A stretch of DNA of 34,130 nt from Octopus bimaculoides (lineage: Eukaryota): contig NC_069003.1 of the NCBI RefSeq assembly GCF_001194135.2, forward strand, positions 18,702,886 to 18,737,015, in the 5' to 3' direction. This document shows positions 11,336 to 23,374 of this stretch, piece after piece. The first letter of the stretch is position 1. Each line of letters opens with the position of its first letter. The notes under the pieces are model-generated. The model was given only the letters and a program-made list of their open reading frames with translations, was not told the origin of the DNA and did not search any database. The translations under genes were made by a program, and so were the position numbers.

Positions 11336-11980
11336 ATAGGTACAAGGCCTGAAATTTTGTGGGGTGGGGTAGTCAATTACATCAACACCAGTGCTTAACT
11401 GGTATTTGTTTTATCAAACCTGAATGGCAGGGGAAAAAGTCAAGTCAATATTGGCAGCATTTGAACTCAGAATATAAAGAGCCAGAAGGATTGCACTAAG
11501 CATTTTGTCATTAAGAACTGTTTCAAATTTTGTCACAGGCAAGCAGTTTTGAGGAGAGGGGCAAGCCAATTACATTGACTTCATTACTTGACTGGAACTT
11601 TATTTTACTGACCCTGAAAGGCGAAGTTGACCTTGCCAGCATTTTAACCCAAAATATAAAGAGCCATGAGGAATGTCACTGTTTTGTGCAACACACTGAT
11701 GATTCTGCCAGCTCACCACCTTTGTTTCAAATTTTGGCACAAGGGTAGACATTTTAGGAAATGTGGGTTAGTCAATTACATCAACTTAAGTCTGACCTTA
11801 AAATGATGAAAGGCAGAGTTGATTTCAGTGGGATTTGAGCTCAGTATGTTAGGAGTCAGAGGGAATGCTACTAAGCAGTTTGTCTGATGCTGCAACAATT
11901 CTGCTAGGTCACTGCTTTTTATAATAATGGATTCAAATGTTGGACCAAGGCCACCAAATTCTCCTTGTCTTTATTTTCCT
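11336..11980 (-). repeat. Head-to-tail array of about 3 degenerate 190-200-bp SINE-derived units
   Basis: Recurring TTTCAAATTTTG(G/T)CACA, AGTCAATTACAT, TGAAAGGC(A/G)AAGTTGA and TTTGA(A/G)CTCAG blocks. Reverse complement of the family at 10140-10235. Confidence 0.65.
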
Positions 11981-12654
11981 CCTTAAACATAGCCAAAGAG
12001 GAAAATTCCTGTCTTTTTTTTTTAAATAACAGCACTTATACTCCACTTGTATGGAAGTCCTTACAGAGGAAGGAGATACTACATTCTAATTTTAAGTATC
12101 TATTAGTTTCACTTATCCCATTTTTCCTTTTTTGATATCTATTTTCCTGTGTCCTTGTCCAATAAATCCTCTCTATGAGTTTACTTCTTGTTCACTTCAA
12201 AATATGAATCCAATAATCACTATATTTTCTGGCATGCCATTCAACATAAGATACAGTTTAAACATGTACTACAAACATTCAAACATCATCACTATCTTTC
12301 TAAATCCTACTACATTTCACATGGAATTTTTGGTTCTCCTGTTCTTTATTGGGTCTAAAAAATTCAATCTGTATTCTGGAAAATACAGTAAAACAAATGT
12401 TGAGAGAAAAATTTACTCCTGGTACTGTCTGCATGAAGAAACAATAGTTAGGCTAGTGCTGACCTATAGTAAATATCAAAAGACTACCTAGAAAAAAATT
12501 GTGGTGAGGTTAACAAAACAATGCAGCTTAAAATTCATGAATTAAGCAAAGATTGGACCAGTTACTTGCTTGAATAATGGAGTTTTTGAACCAGTGAAGG
12601 TGGGAGTTCTTCCTAATTCACATTTTTGATAATCATAATCAGTGCCACCAATTT

Positions 12655-14099
12655 ATTCTTTTACTTGTTTCAGTCATTAGACTCTGGCCATCCTGGGGCA
12701 CCACCTTGAAAAATTTAAGTTGAATGAATCAACTCCAGTACTTATTTTTCCAAGCCTGGTACTTATTCTATCAATCTCTTTTGCTGAGCCACTAAGTTAC
12801 AGGGGCATAAACACACCAACACCAGTTATCAAGTGGTGGCATGGGACAAACACAGACACAAAGATACGCATGCACACACACACACGAGAAAACTGAAAGA
12901 ACCTACCATGTGTGTGGGTGTGTGAGTGTGTGTATGTGATAGGCTTTGGTTAGCCTGAGGCTATAGTAAGAGGGGTCCCAAAAAAACAAAACATGGTACA
13001 AGACTTCTGATGATTTATTTTTCAACATAGTCCCCCTCAATGGCTGAACACTTTCTCCAGCGGTGCTGAAGTGCCATTATCCCAGCGTAGAAGAACCCTT
13101 TGGTGAGCATTCTCGGCCTTTTTTCTTTGATTGCTTCTCAGAGGCATTTCAAGTTGAGAATAATACAGCCCTCTCATGGTGTGACCCTTTTCAAGGTAAT
13201 CGATCAACAAGACACCTTGAGAACCCCAAAAAACAGATGCCATGACCTTGCCAGCTAAAGGAATAACTCTGGCCTTCTTTGGGGTAGGAGAGGATGTGTG
13301 CTTCCACTGCTCTGATTGTTCTTTGGTTTCAGGCTGGTAGTGATGGACCCAACTTTCGTCCATAGAAATCAAACGAGCAAGAAAGTTCTCTTCATCAGCT
13401 TCAAACAGTTCCAGATTGCTCGTGGACAAAGTGTACCTGGTGCGTTTCTTTTCAGGAGTCAAAAGGTGAGGGACCCACCTTGCAGAAACTTTTGAGAACC
13501 CAAGTTCTCTTGTCACAATGTTGTCTGCTCTTTCAGTTGAGATGCCCAGTCTCTTGGCTATCTGATGACATATTTGGCGATTTTGCATTATCATACCAAG
13601 AGCAAGGTCAAGGTTGTCCTTGGTGGTTGCAGTTGGAGGTCTCCCTTGTCTGGGATTATCTTCCACACTCTCCCTGCAACGCTTGAATTCATTTACCCAG
13701 CATTTGACTTTCATATGAAGGAGCATTGTCTGTTAAGGTTCTCACCATATCTTCATGGATTTCTGATGGATTCATTCCTTTCAAATGAAGGTACTTTATG
13801 ACAGCACGATACTCAGTTTTCTCCATTTTCTTTGTAACCTGGACACTTGTTTATTCAAAAATCTGCAACAAGAAAAATTAAAATATCAGAATCATAGAAA
13901 TGAGCAAGAATACTCCAAAAAGACTGTACTTATCAGAAAAAAATTGTTTCAACTATCTAGCAGTACCCTTTCTAGGTTAAGCTCAAAACCTTTCATACAC
14001 CCCTCATAGAAGACACTTGCCCAAGGTGCCACACAATGAGATTAAACTCAGAACAATGTGATCGGGAAGCAAACTTCATTCCATACAGCCATGCCTGCG
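12655..14099 (-). mobile_element. tRNA-derived SINE split by a mariner insertion
   Basis: The SINE segment GCCTGAGGCTATAGTA|GAAGACACTTGCCCAAGGTGCC is reconstituted by joining 12968 to 14009. Tail at 12655-12720, head near 14099. Confidence 0.85.
12969..14006 (-). mobile_element. mariner (Tc1/mariner, irritans/Himar1-like) transposon, internally deleted
   Basis: TA duplication (12967-68 and 14007-08); termini AGAGGGGT and ACCCCTCA. Transposase remnant from ATG 13826 (MEKTEYRAVIKY) with ARWVPHLLT, MDESWVHHY and AGKVMASVFW. Frameshift near 13713. The second and third catalytic Asp region is missing. Confidence 0.92.
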
Positions 14100-14479
14100 T
14101 GTGTGCACATGCAGACATATTTAGTGATTGAAGGGGATCAATTTAAAGATTGAGTCATATCAAAGTGAAACATACCAAACTTGATGGCTAGACAGCATGA
14201 CACAACAGCTAGACAATCCATTCCATTTGTGAAGTGTTCATCAATGAAAGAAAGTTTACCTGTGTACTAAAGTTTACTTAGAAATAGATTTTATATTTTA
14301 CTCTGCTTGTTGTTCCCTTAGCAAAGTTTATTTTTCATGAAATAGTTTTAGGTCCAGTTCAATGTTCTTTTTTTTTTCAATCCTATCTATTGAGAGTTTG
14401 GTTTTTTAATTGTTTTGTTGGTTTGGTTATGTTACTCATTAGTATCCGTCTATCTCACAGAACTAAGTGCTTGCAGGAA

Positions 14480-15430
14480 TAGGCATGTTCATATGGGGCA
14501 TGCTTTCAACAGATCCTGACTAATTCTTCGTGCTGAAATTTCATTCCCTCATTAACATTGGGGTTTCAAGGATTTCCATTTCAGTTTCCTTCCATGTGGC
14601 CTTCCTGAAATTCAAGTTCATGCGGGGTGAGTCATGTTTGATGTTATTTGTGTATGTTGCCCTCATTGACAATTGTATAATGCTGTGGTTGGAAATAGCT
14701 GTGAGAATGACCTGATCATTGTGAAAGAAGTCTGTATTGGTGGTAAAGACTAAGTCAAGTATGTTATTTCCCCTAGCTGGATGGGTAATGATTTGTTGCA
14801 TGAGAAAGTCTTTAGTGGTATCGAGAAGAGCATTCATATCTCTCTAGTTCAGTTGTTTAATTTCAGGTTGGATATAGCCCTCAGCCCAGCTGGGGGCTAG
14901 GAAAATTAAAGTCCCCTGCTAAAAGCACATTGATCTGTGAGCTGGGCTCATTTGGGTTTTGACTTATTAGCAACAAAGTATCTTTGAAGTGATCTCCATG
15001 GTTAGCTGCATCAGGAAGACAGTAGGTAATGGCTATGATCAAATTGAGGTCAATCACATGCATTATTAGTGTTGGAGTGGGAGAGGAGGACATTTATTGC
15101 CAGGTCTTCTTGGATGAAGATCGCTATTTCTCCTTGTTTCCATATTGTGTAGTCAATCACATGCATTATTAGTGTTGGAGTGGGAGAGGAGGACATTTGT
15201 TGCCAGGTCTTCTTGGATGACGATCGCTATTTCGCCTTGTTTCCATATTGTGTAGTCAGTTCTGAGTAGTTTATAACCTGACCTATGTACTTCTGCATCC
15301 AATATGTCTGGAATCAGTTACGTTTCACTTAGTGCTACACATATTGTCTTTCCTCAATGTACAAGGTCTCTAAGATATGATATTTTTGTTTGGTTTGTGA
15401 AGTGTGAAAGACCTTGTACAGTCAACATTA
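14480..15430 (-). mobile_element. LINE (CR1/L2-like) apurinic endonuclease remnant
   Basis: Minus-strand peptides TVQGL..ALSET*L.PDILDAEV..SGYKLLRTD, VLLAGDFNFP and HPARGNNILDLVFTT...SNHSII. Stops and frameshifts present. Confidence 0.85.
15049..15258. repeat. 103-bp tandem duplication inside the LINE remnant
   Basis: GTCAATCACATGCATTATTAG... starts at both 15049 and 15152, with few mismatches between copies. Confidence 0.9.
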
Positions 15431-16006
15431 TTATTAAGTTAAGATTGTAGGTTAATGACAGCAATGGTATGGTTGTGCACTGAGGTAGTAGCATTGGCTG
15501 GTGCTGTACAAGAGCTAGAAGTTTTTTTTAAATTTCATTTGTCAGATTCATCATTGCTAAAAAAGAATTTTCTTTTTTTTTTTTTTGGCGGTGGGGTGGT
15601 TGTCGAGAGTTGGTATGGTTGCACTGTTGAATATGGTTAGAGTCATTCACAGCTGCTGATTTTACTATTGTATCCAGTAGATATCTTGGGTAACTTCTGG
15701 GTTTCGATGAAAGTCTGAACCAACACCATCACTGTAAGGGATGTTTCTACTGTGAATTTAGTGGTGGCTTGGTGTCATGCTTTTATTAATGCATGGAATC
15801 CCTGGAAGATGAGACATAATCTTTTGTGTTGGGGATAGAAAATGATTTTAGGATTCCAGATTACATGTGTCAAAGCTATTAAATGTAATTTAGCATTTGG
15901 TGGTGGTTGTGGTGATGGTGGTGCTGTAAGATGTGTGGTTTTCGCATTGACTGGTATTGCTTGTATGAATGTGTGTCTTGTCTCTGTGGTGTTATGAGCC
16001 AGGCTG

Positions 16007-16255
16007 TGTTGTAGGGCCGGACTGGAAGTGAGGGAGTATGCATGTCCTGTCGGAAGTGGGGCCTGTGGGTCCCACCGGAAGGGTCGTAATGGGCATGCAG
16101 GGTCAGCAAGGCATGCGGGGTCAGCGAGGCATGAGCAGTCAGTTGGCGGTGGACAGCGTACCTACCAGAGCAGACCTATTAGATGTTATGGTGACAGACA
16201 GAGCACGTGGATGTAGTGAGTAGCCTTTCCCAGATTGACAAGTAAGACTACCACA
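16007..16255 (+). mobile_element. Candidate 5' LTR of Gypsy element A
   Basis: GC-rich block upstream of gag bounded by TGTTGTAG and CTACCACA (7/8 inverted match). No recognisable PBS and no partner LTR in the window. Confidence 0.3.
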
Positions 16256-16490
16256 ATTCTCTCCTTGTTTCCATCTTTTCCTCCTTCACATCACAAGCTG
16301 TTTTGGATAAAAAAAAAAAATTATGGGTATGGCTCGTGTTTCAAACAAGACAGTTAGGCCATTTTGCAGCAAGGGAGACGTCATTGCTTGGTTGAAAAAA
16401 ATTAAGTTGGTGGCAAGACTCCATGGTATAGACGACCTAGCAAGTTTCATACCATCGTACCTTAATGGATCAGTGTTGGTGCTATACCTG

Positions 16491-18994
16491 TATAGGAAAG
16501 TTGGTTATACATCATTAGATGTATACCTGACTTTCCTATATAAAATTAAGAATATATAACGGAACGCTGAACTCCAGACTATCAACTTAAACAACATTTT
16601 ATTTAGGTGGTAAATATATACATCCTTAGCTCTTGTTGTTACAGCTTCTGATTGTGTGAGCATAGTTGTTGGGACGTTGTTATGTAGATGTAAGCGAGCT
16701 GTCGAGTGTAAGTCCGAAAGATGGAGAGTGACAGCTAAACACGTAAAGAGACTGTCTCCAGAGTTGGGTGTTAGAGACACNNNNNNNNNNNNNNNNNNNN
16801 NNNNNNNNNNNNNNNNNNNNNNNNNNNNNNNNNNNNNNNNNNNNNNNNNNNNNNNNNNNNNNNNNNNNNNNNNNNNNNNNNNNNNNNNNNNNNNNNNNNN
16901 NNNNNNNNNNNNNNNNNNNNNNNNNNNNNNNNNNNNNNNNNNNNNNNNNNNNNNNNNNNNNNNNNNNNNNNNNNNNNNNNNNNNNNNNNNNNNNNNNNNN
17001 NNNNNNNNNNNNNNNNNNNNNNNNNNNNNNNNNNNNNNNNNNNNNNNNNNNNNNNNNNNNNNNNNNNNNNNNNNNNNNNNNNNNNNNNNNNNNNNNNNNN
17101 NNNNNNNNNNNNNNNNNNNNNNNNNNNNNNNNNNNNNNNNNNNNNNNNNNNNNNNNNNNNNNNNNNNNNNNNNNNNNNNNNNNNNNNNNNNNNNNNNNNN
17201 NNNNNNNNNNNNNNNNNNNNNNNNNNNNNNNNNNNNNNNNNNNNNNNNNNNNNNNNNNNNNNNCAAAGAAAAATTAAAGAAATGAAATGTACACTCGTGT
17301 GATACATGCATGCAATGTACAAATGAAATGATAATGACAAAACAACCGTGATGACAACTGTCCAGGAATACTGGAATCACGCGATGTAAAAGTCTGAGAG
17401 TTTGTTTTCCCTGAAAGGAAAGAAAATGTATGAGTGCACAAGTGTGTGTGTGAGAAAAAACACAGAACATGCAATGTATAAATGAAATGACAATGACAAA
17501 ACAACCGTGATGACAACTGTCCAGGAAACTGGAATCACGCGATGTAAAAGTCTGATTGTTTGTTTTCCCTGAAAGGAAAGAAAATGTATGAGTGCACAAG
17601 TGTGTGTGTGAGAAAAAACATAGAACACAGTAAAAGTGTCTGTAGAGAAAAAATCCAGTTCGTACAAGAGTTACACAAGTTGATTTTGAATGGCCGTACT
17701 CAGGAAGTTGTGGTCAAGGAGCAGAGCTATAGATGAACATCAGATGCTAGTTGTGACCGTTTACCTGGTACGGAATATTCTATGAAAGTTACACAAGGAA
17801 AATTTGGTCTGTTGATCGTGAGTGGAAACAGCCACTCTAACAGAGTCGACAAAACCGAGTGTGTTGATATGGTGTGTCCCTGGTGGTNNNNNNNNNNNNN
17901 NNNNNNNNNNNNNNNNNNNNNNNNNNNNNNNNNNNNNNNNNNNNNNNNNNNNNNNNNNNNNNNNNNNNNNNNNNNNNNNNNNNNNNNNNNNNNNNNNNNN
18001 NNNNNNNNNNNNNNNNNNNNNNNNNNNNNNNNNNNNNNNNNNNNNNNNNNNNNNNNNNNNNNNNNNNNNNNNNNNNNNNNNNNNNNNNNNNNNNNNNNNN
18101 NNNNNNNNNNNNNNNNNNNNNNNNNNNNNNNNNNNNNNNNNNNNNNNNNNNNNNNNNNNNNNNNNNNNNNNNNNNNNNNNNNNNNNNNNNNNNNNNNNNN
18201 NNNNNNNNNNNNNNNNNNNNNNNNNNNNNNNNNNNNNNNNNNNNNNNNNNNNNNNNNNNNNNNNNNNNNNNNNNNNNNNNNNNNNNNNNNNNNNNNNNNN
18301 NNNNNNNNNNNNNNNNNNNNNNNNNNNNNNNNNNNNNNNNNNNNNNNNNNNNNNNNNNNNNNNNNNNNNNNNNNNNNNNNNNNNNNNNNNNNNNNNNNNN
18401 NNNNNNNNNNNNNNNNNNNNNNNNNNNNNNNNNNNNNNNNNNNNNNNNNNNNNNNNNNNNNNNNNNNNNNNNNNNNNNNNNNNNNNNNNNNNNNNNNNNN
18501 NNNNNNNNNNNNNNNNNNNNNNNNNNNNNNNNNNNNNNNNNNNNNNNNNNNNNNNNNNNNNNNNNNNNNNNNNNNNNNNNNNNNNNNNNNNNNNNNNNNN
18601 NNNNNNNNNNNNNNNNNNNNNNNNNNNNNNNNNNNNNNNNNNNNNNNNNNNNNNNNNNNNNNNNNNNNNNNNNNNNNNNNNNNNNNNNNNNNNNNNNNNN
18701 NNNNNNAAATATATACATCCTTAGCTCTTGTTGTTACAGCTTCTGATTGTGTGAGCATAGTTGTTGGGACGTTGTTATGTAGATGTGAGCGAGCTGTCGA
18801 GTGTAAGTCCGAAAGATGGAGAGTGACAGCTAAACACGTAAAGAGACTGTCTCCAGAGTTGGGTGTTAGAGACACTGCTTGACACGTCCATGCTCTATTG
18901 CTGGCCAGCAAGAAAGAGAATGAATTGAGCGGGAACGCTTGCTTGTTTAATTCCACGCATGCGTGAGACTACGCATGCGCACGGCGTTACTACA
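16491..18994 (+). mobile_element. LTR-family insertion in gag (two-LTR non-autonomous element or long solo LTR), largely in N-gaps
   Basis: CCTG TSD at 16487-90 and 18995-98; termini TATAGG and TTACTACA. 16613-16780 is repeated at 18708-18875 with 1 mismatch seen in 168 bp. No coding motifs in the visible interior. Confidence 0.8.
17309..17626. repeat. 159-bp tandem repeat, 2 copies
   Basis: TGCAATGTA(C/T)AAATGAAATG begins at 17311 and 17470. Confidence 0.9.
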
Positions 18995-20629
18995 CCTGGA
19001 AATAGAGGAGAAGGACCAGTTAAAAGCAGAAAAAATAGAAGTCTGGCTGATGGAGGCTTTTACAGAAGGGCCATTTATGGCATGTGGTCGACTGGGGAAA
19101 GTGAAGTGGGCGGGTGAACAGGTCGATGTGTTTGCCAACAAAATCAGGAGATTGGCCAGACTTGTTGGATACAAAGATGATGCATTGGAACAAACAGTTA
19201 AATTAGCATTTGTGACAGGATTTCCTGACCACGTGTCAGTCGAACTGCAAAAGCTGTATTCACTCCATGGCAATGGGAGAAGTAATATCTTAGGCCAGAG
19301 TCCTTGCCTCGTGTTGCAGGATGACACCTTTAGCAGCGACTGCAACGAGAAGGGGGAAAACAAAAAGTGGTGGAGAGGGATTGAACAAGGAATGTGTGCT
19401 ACCCTTCAAATGGCAGTGTTTTCAGTGTCAGGGTTTGCACATGGTGAGAGACTGCAAGGAACCCAGGCCTGGAGTAATTTGCTATCGATGCAGAGAAACA
19501 GGCCGCATCACCAGTGAATGCATTCAGGGAAATGGTCTAAGGGAGACTACTAGAGGCGCGTATATGGTCGTTGCCAGTAGTAGAAGTCATGGTGAATGGA
19601 AAGGTGTCACAAGCCCTCAGGGACACGGGCTGCTCAACAACCCTAATGACTCCGGAGGTGGTAGAAGAATGGAGTGGAGTGAGTAGTGTAAGAGCTGTTG
19701 ACAGTACGGAAGTTGAATGTAGAGGAAGTAGCGATGTGAAGATGGTGGTACGAGGAACGATATTGAGGTTGCATGCAATTGTGATCGACCGTGAGGTGGA
19801 CGGAATCGACGCCATTGTCCATTTGGGAGGTGTCACGGTCAATGAAGCCGGTGTAACATTTGGTGATGTGAGGGCACTATGCACCATGAGTCCACGACAG
19901 GAGAGTGGTGAGAGTTGCAAAGAAAAATATGCTGCACCCACCATTACAGACAAGGATTTTCAGGCTGTGTTTGATGGCCGGCAGTGGACAGTGGAATGGT
20001 ACTGGAAGGGAGATCCTCCGACGTTGAAAAACGCAGTAGGCTGTTATCAGCATACTCTGAAAGGGGATGCCAGAAGTGAGCTTGAGGGAGAGGTGGATCA
20101 AGGAAGGTATTCTGATTCATTGGAAGGAGGAAGTAGAGAGTGGAGTGCTACCACTGATGGCAGTGGTGCAGCCAACAAAGCATAAAGTCAGGCCAGTATT
20201 GGATTTCCAAGAGCTAAACAACCACGTATTTTGCCATACGGCGGCAAAGCCACAGACATTTGCAGCCAAACCTTGAGAGAGTGGAGGCAGATGACAGGGG
20301 CCTCCCCAATTGTTGACTTGAAGTCAGCATACCTGCAGCTGCATGTAGCTGAGTGATTGTGGAGATATCAGCTAGTAACGTACAAGGGTTGGACATACTG
20401 CCTGATCTTGTTGGGATTCAGGCTGAATTCAACACCGAAGATTATGGTGACAATTCTCAAAACCATCCTGGGAAAGGCAGACAAAGTGAAAAGAGCCTCC
20501 AATTCCTATATTGATGACATCCTGGTGGACAAGAGCATAGTGTTGGCAAAGGAGGTCATAAGCCACCTGAATAGTTTTGGGCTAACTTCCAAACCACCGG
20601 AGGCGATGGAAGGAGGAGCTGACCCCATC

Positions 20630-20896
20630 CTGTTTTATGGGGTCAGTTTCAATTTATAGATTAGTTTTATTAAATCCTTGTATATCTAAGGCCGAGAGAA
20701 CAGAGGGCAGTGTCTGTTAGGGGTAGGGCTGAGGGAGTCGACAGAAATCATAGTGGGAATAGTCATAAAAATCAAGATTTATTTGACTCCCTCAGCCCTA
20801 CCCCTAATAGACACTGCCCCCTGTTCTCTCGGTCTTAGATATACAAGGATTTGATAAAACTAGTCCATAAATTAAAACTGATCCCATAAAACAGTG
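20630..20896. mobile_element. Palindromic MITE/foldback-like element (110-bp arms, 45-bp spacer)
   Basis: 20630-20739 versus 20785-20894: 102/110 reverse-complement identity, no indels. The right terminus reads CACTG on the minus strand. No clear TSD. Confidence 0.8.
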
Positions 20897-21178
20897 ACAA
20901 GCAAAATCTGTAACAAGTCTTTCTTCCTGATACCTTAGTATCTTCTAAGTGGAAGTGAAGGCAGTATGTTCTTTGTCTATCTCCTTAATTTCTTAGAGAT
21001 TTTAGGTAAAATTATATTAATGTGTCCATCTGTTTTAATTTAATTAACTTTTATGTCTTTGTGCAGCTGAGGATTGCTCTGCATTTAAATTGATGTAATG
21101 GTTGCATTGTTCAATTAAATGGAGTTGAGTGAAACGATCATACTGCATTACCTCTGGATATCCTTGTTGCTTATTTTG

Positions 21179-21214
<36 letters not shown>

Positions 21215-21481
21215 TTATGTATGCATGTATATAAAATGAATATCAAATAAAAAATGCCCTGTACACAATGTGCATTTTTCATTTTATTTATTTTTAATCG
21301 AATGCCATGCAGCCTTGACCACAGTAAGTTCTTACATCTATCTATCTATATATATTTATGTGGAGAATGGAACAACAAATACAAGAAGAAGCAATTCTGT
21401 TGGGCAAGTTAGCCGTTGTTTTATTATGTGGAGGTTATGTAATGAGTCATTGTGGAGGTTGAGGTTACGTAATGAGCCATA

Positions 21482-21514
<33 letters not shown>

Positions 21515-21519
21515 TTATT

Positions 21520-22150
21520 TATATTAATTAAGTAACAAGAAGACGGATTTAGTATTAAACTTTATTCTGTATAACGTTCGTTTCAACCCGTCCTGCTATT
21601 GTCCCTTATGTGTAGGACTCTGTTCAACATGTTATGTTGCATCCATTTTGCAGTTTGGTTCTCATCAGATATATCCATACATAAAGTTGTGTCTCACTAA
21701 AGATCTTGAGTATCGGCTGCCGTGTTATATGCCCGTCTAGTTAGGGAATGAATAAAATGCAAAGAAGACTGCAGAAGCACAAAAATTCAAAGTTCAAATA
21801 TGAATGTGGAAATCCTGTGTTCCTGTATTGATGAAATGACCTAATCAGCTTTCGCTTTCATAACTGCTTAGAGGAAAAGAAAGTAGAAGAAAAGAAAGAA
21901 GAAAAAATAGGAAAACAAATATTTAGTCAAGCAATTTTGTGTACATACACACACACATTCATACATACACTCACACACATACACCCACTCGTACACTTGT
22001 CTATATGCGCATATATATATTTAGACACATGCACACAGATACACATATACGTACACACGCTCACACCTACATATATCTTGCTACATACGCAGACACATGC
22101 ACGTGCCTACATATACATGTGTGACACCCACACATACACATACAATGCAA
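21520..22150 (+). repeat. Left arm of large inverted repeat IR2
   Basis: Reverse complement of 23190-23995: a unique block of about 430 bp (about 16 mismatches in a 180-bp sample), then GA-rich and CA/TA mosaic tracts. Confidence 0.88.
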
Positions 22151-23189
22151 ATACCAACCACATAACGCATCCTAGTAACAATGACTTGAACAATAATACC
22201 AATCAACCGAGAAAAAACAACAACAACAATTCAAACAACAACACAAACACACCCAGAAATAATAAAAGAATAATAGGCTAACCACAAGCACGAATGTAAA
22301 TAGAACCGATTGGACTGGTACTGGTTGCACACACGCAAACAAAAAAAAACTGACTAACTGTGCTCATGCAGGGACCGATTGAAATGTCCCTTGGACAACC
22401 AATGCAAGACCCAAAATGTGGTGTACAAGTACACCATAAATACTAGAGGAGTTCCCTATGTATATATATATCGGTGCATCGGCCGATATTTTCAAAAATT
22501 AGTATCGCAACCACATCGCCAGCTTTCGAAAAATCCTTAAACAGCATGCAACATCACTGGCATATTACTCTGAAAACTCAAAGAAGGAAAAGCAAAATAC
22601 GACCTGACCTAGTCAAGAATTAGACACGCATATCCCTTACGTCTAACAAGGATCAAATATGATTTAACCGAACAGAAAAACACCGCACTGTACCTAGTAA
22701 CACACTATCTCGGAAATGTCAGCTATGTTCCGAGGAGTCACTGTCAATACTGTTAACAAAGGATCGGATTATAAACAGATTTACAGAACAACTACCCAGA
22801 TGCATGCATACAGTTAAACACACGTTCACACACTACAATGTAAACCACACCTAACCGATACAAACCATAACACTAACAACTCGGATTAATCCCCCACTCC
22901 TGAGTTAAAACTATGGAACCTGTACCAAGCAAGAACCACATGCGAACGCTACATGTATTTAGACGTGTAACCTTACAATGCAGCTGCGAATAAGTAAAAT
23001 TCCCACAAATACTGGCAGGTTTGAGGGAAGGGCAAGGAAGTGGAGATGCCGAGATCAAAACGGGAACACAGGCTTGTGTATATGTGTATGTGTATAAGTA
23101 CATATATATGTGCGTATGTGTGTGCGCGTGTAAAGATATACATATATATGAGTGTGCCCATATATGGGTGTATGTGTGCATGTCTGCGT

Positions 23190-23333
23190 GTGTACATGTA
23201 TGTGCATATCTGGGTGTCGCACATGTATATGTAGGCGTGTGCGTGTAATTGCATATATGTGTGTGGCCGTGTGTGTAGCAAGGTGTATGTACGTGCGAGC
23301 ATTTGTACGTATATGCATGCCCATGTGTATGTG

Positions 23334-23374
<41 letters not shown>

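Larger units (their letters stand above)
16323..20621 (+). mobile_element. Ty3/Gypsy element A: decayed gag, protease and partial RT; 3'-truncated
   Basis: gag 16323-16490 plus 18999-19517 rejoins in frame (..VLVLYL|EIEEKDQL..). Two CCHC-like knuckles (CFQCQGLHMVRDC, CYRCRETGRITSEC), protease LRDTGCS, RT motifs VDLKSAYLQL and SYIDDILV. No RNaseH or integrase after 20621. Confidence 0.88.

Noticed and set aside
14176-14259. Possible minus-strand 84-bp exon (KLSFIDEHFTNGMDCLAVVSCCLAIKF) with a GTATGT donor
   Set aside because: Poor pyrimidine tract, a competing upstream AG, opposite strand to the better exon candidates and no recognisable homology. Not excluded without RNA data.
17309-17626. 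Direct repeats here and at 25217-25420 and 11336-11980 considered as CRISPR-like arrays
   Set aside because: No unique spacers, wrong unit sizes, eukaryotic TE context and no cas genes.
16505-18956. Long ORFs of 170-409 aa here and similar ones at 26848-27630, 28828-29682 and 30359-31033
   Set aside because: Their length comes from N-runs translated as X; only the flanking TE-derived parts are meaningful.
21314-21330. Possible 11-bp micro-exon (CAG|CCTTGACCACA|GTAAGT)
   Set aside because: Such motifs arise by chance in AT-rich DNA; unsupported without spliced reads.
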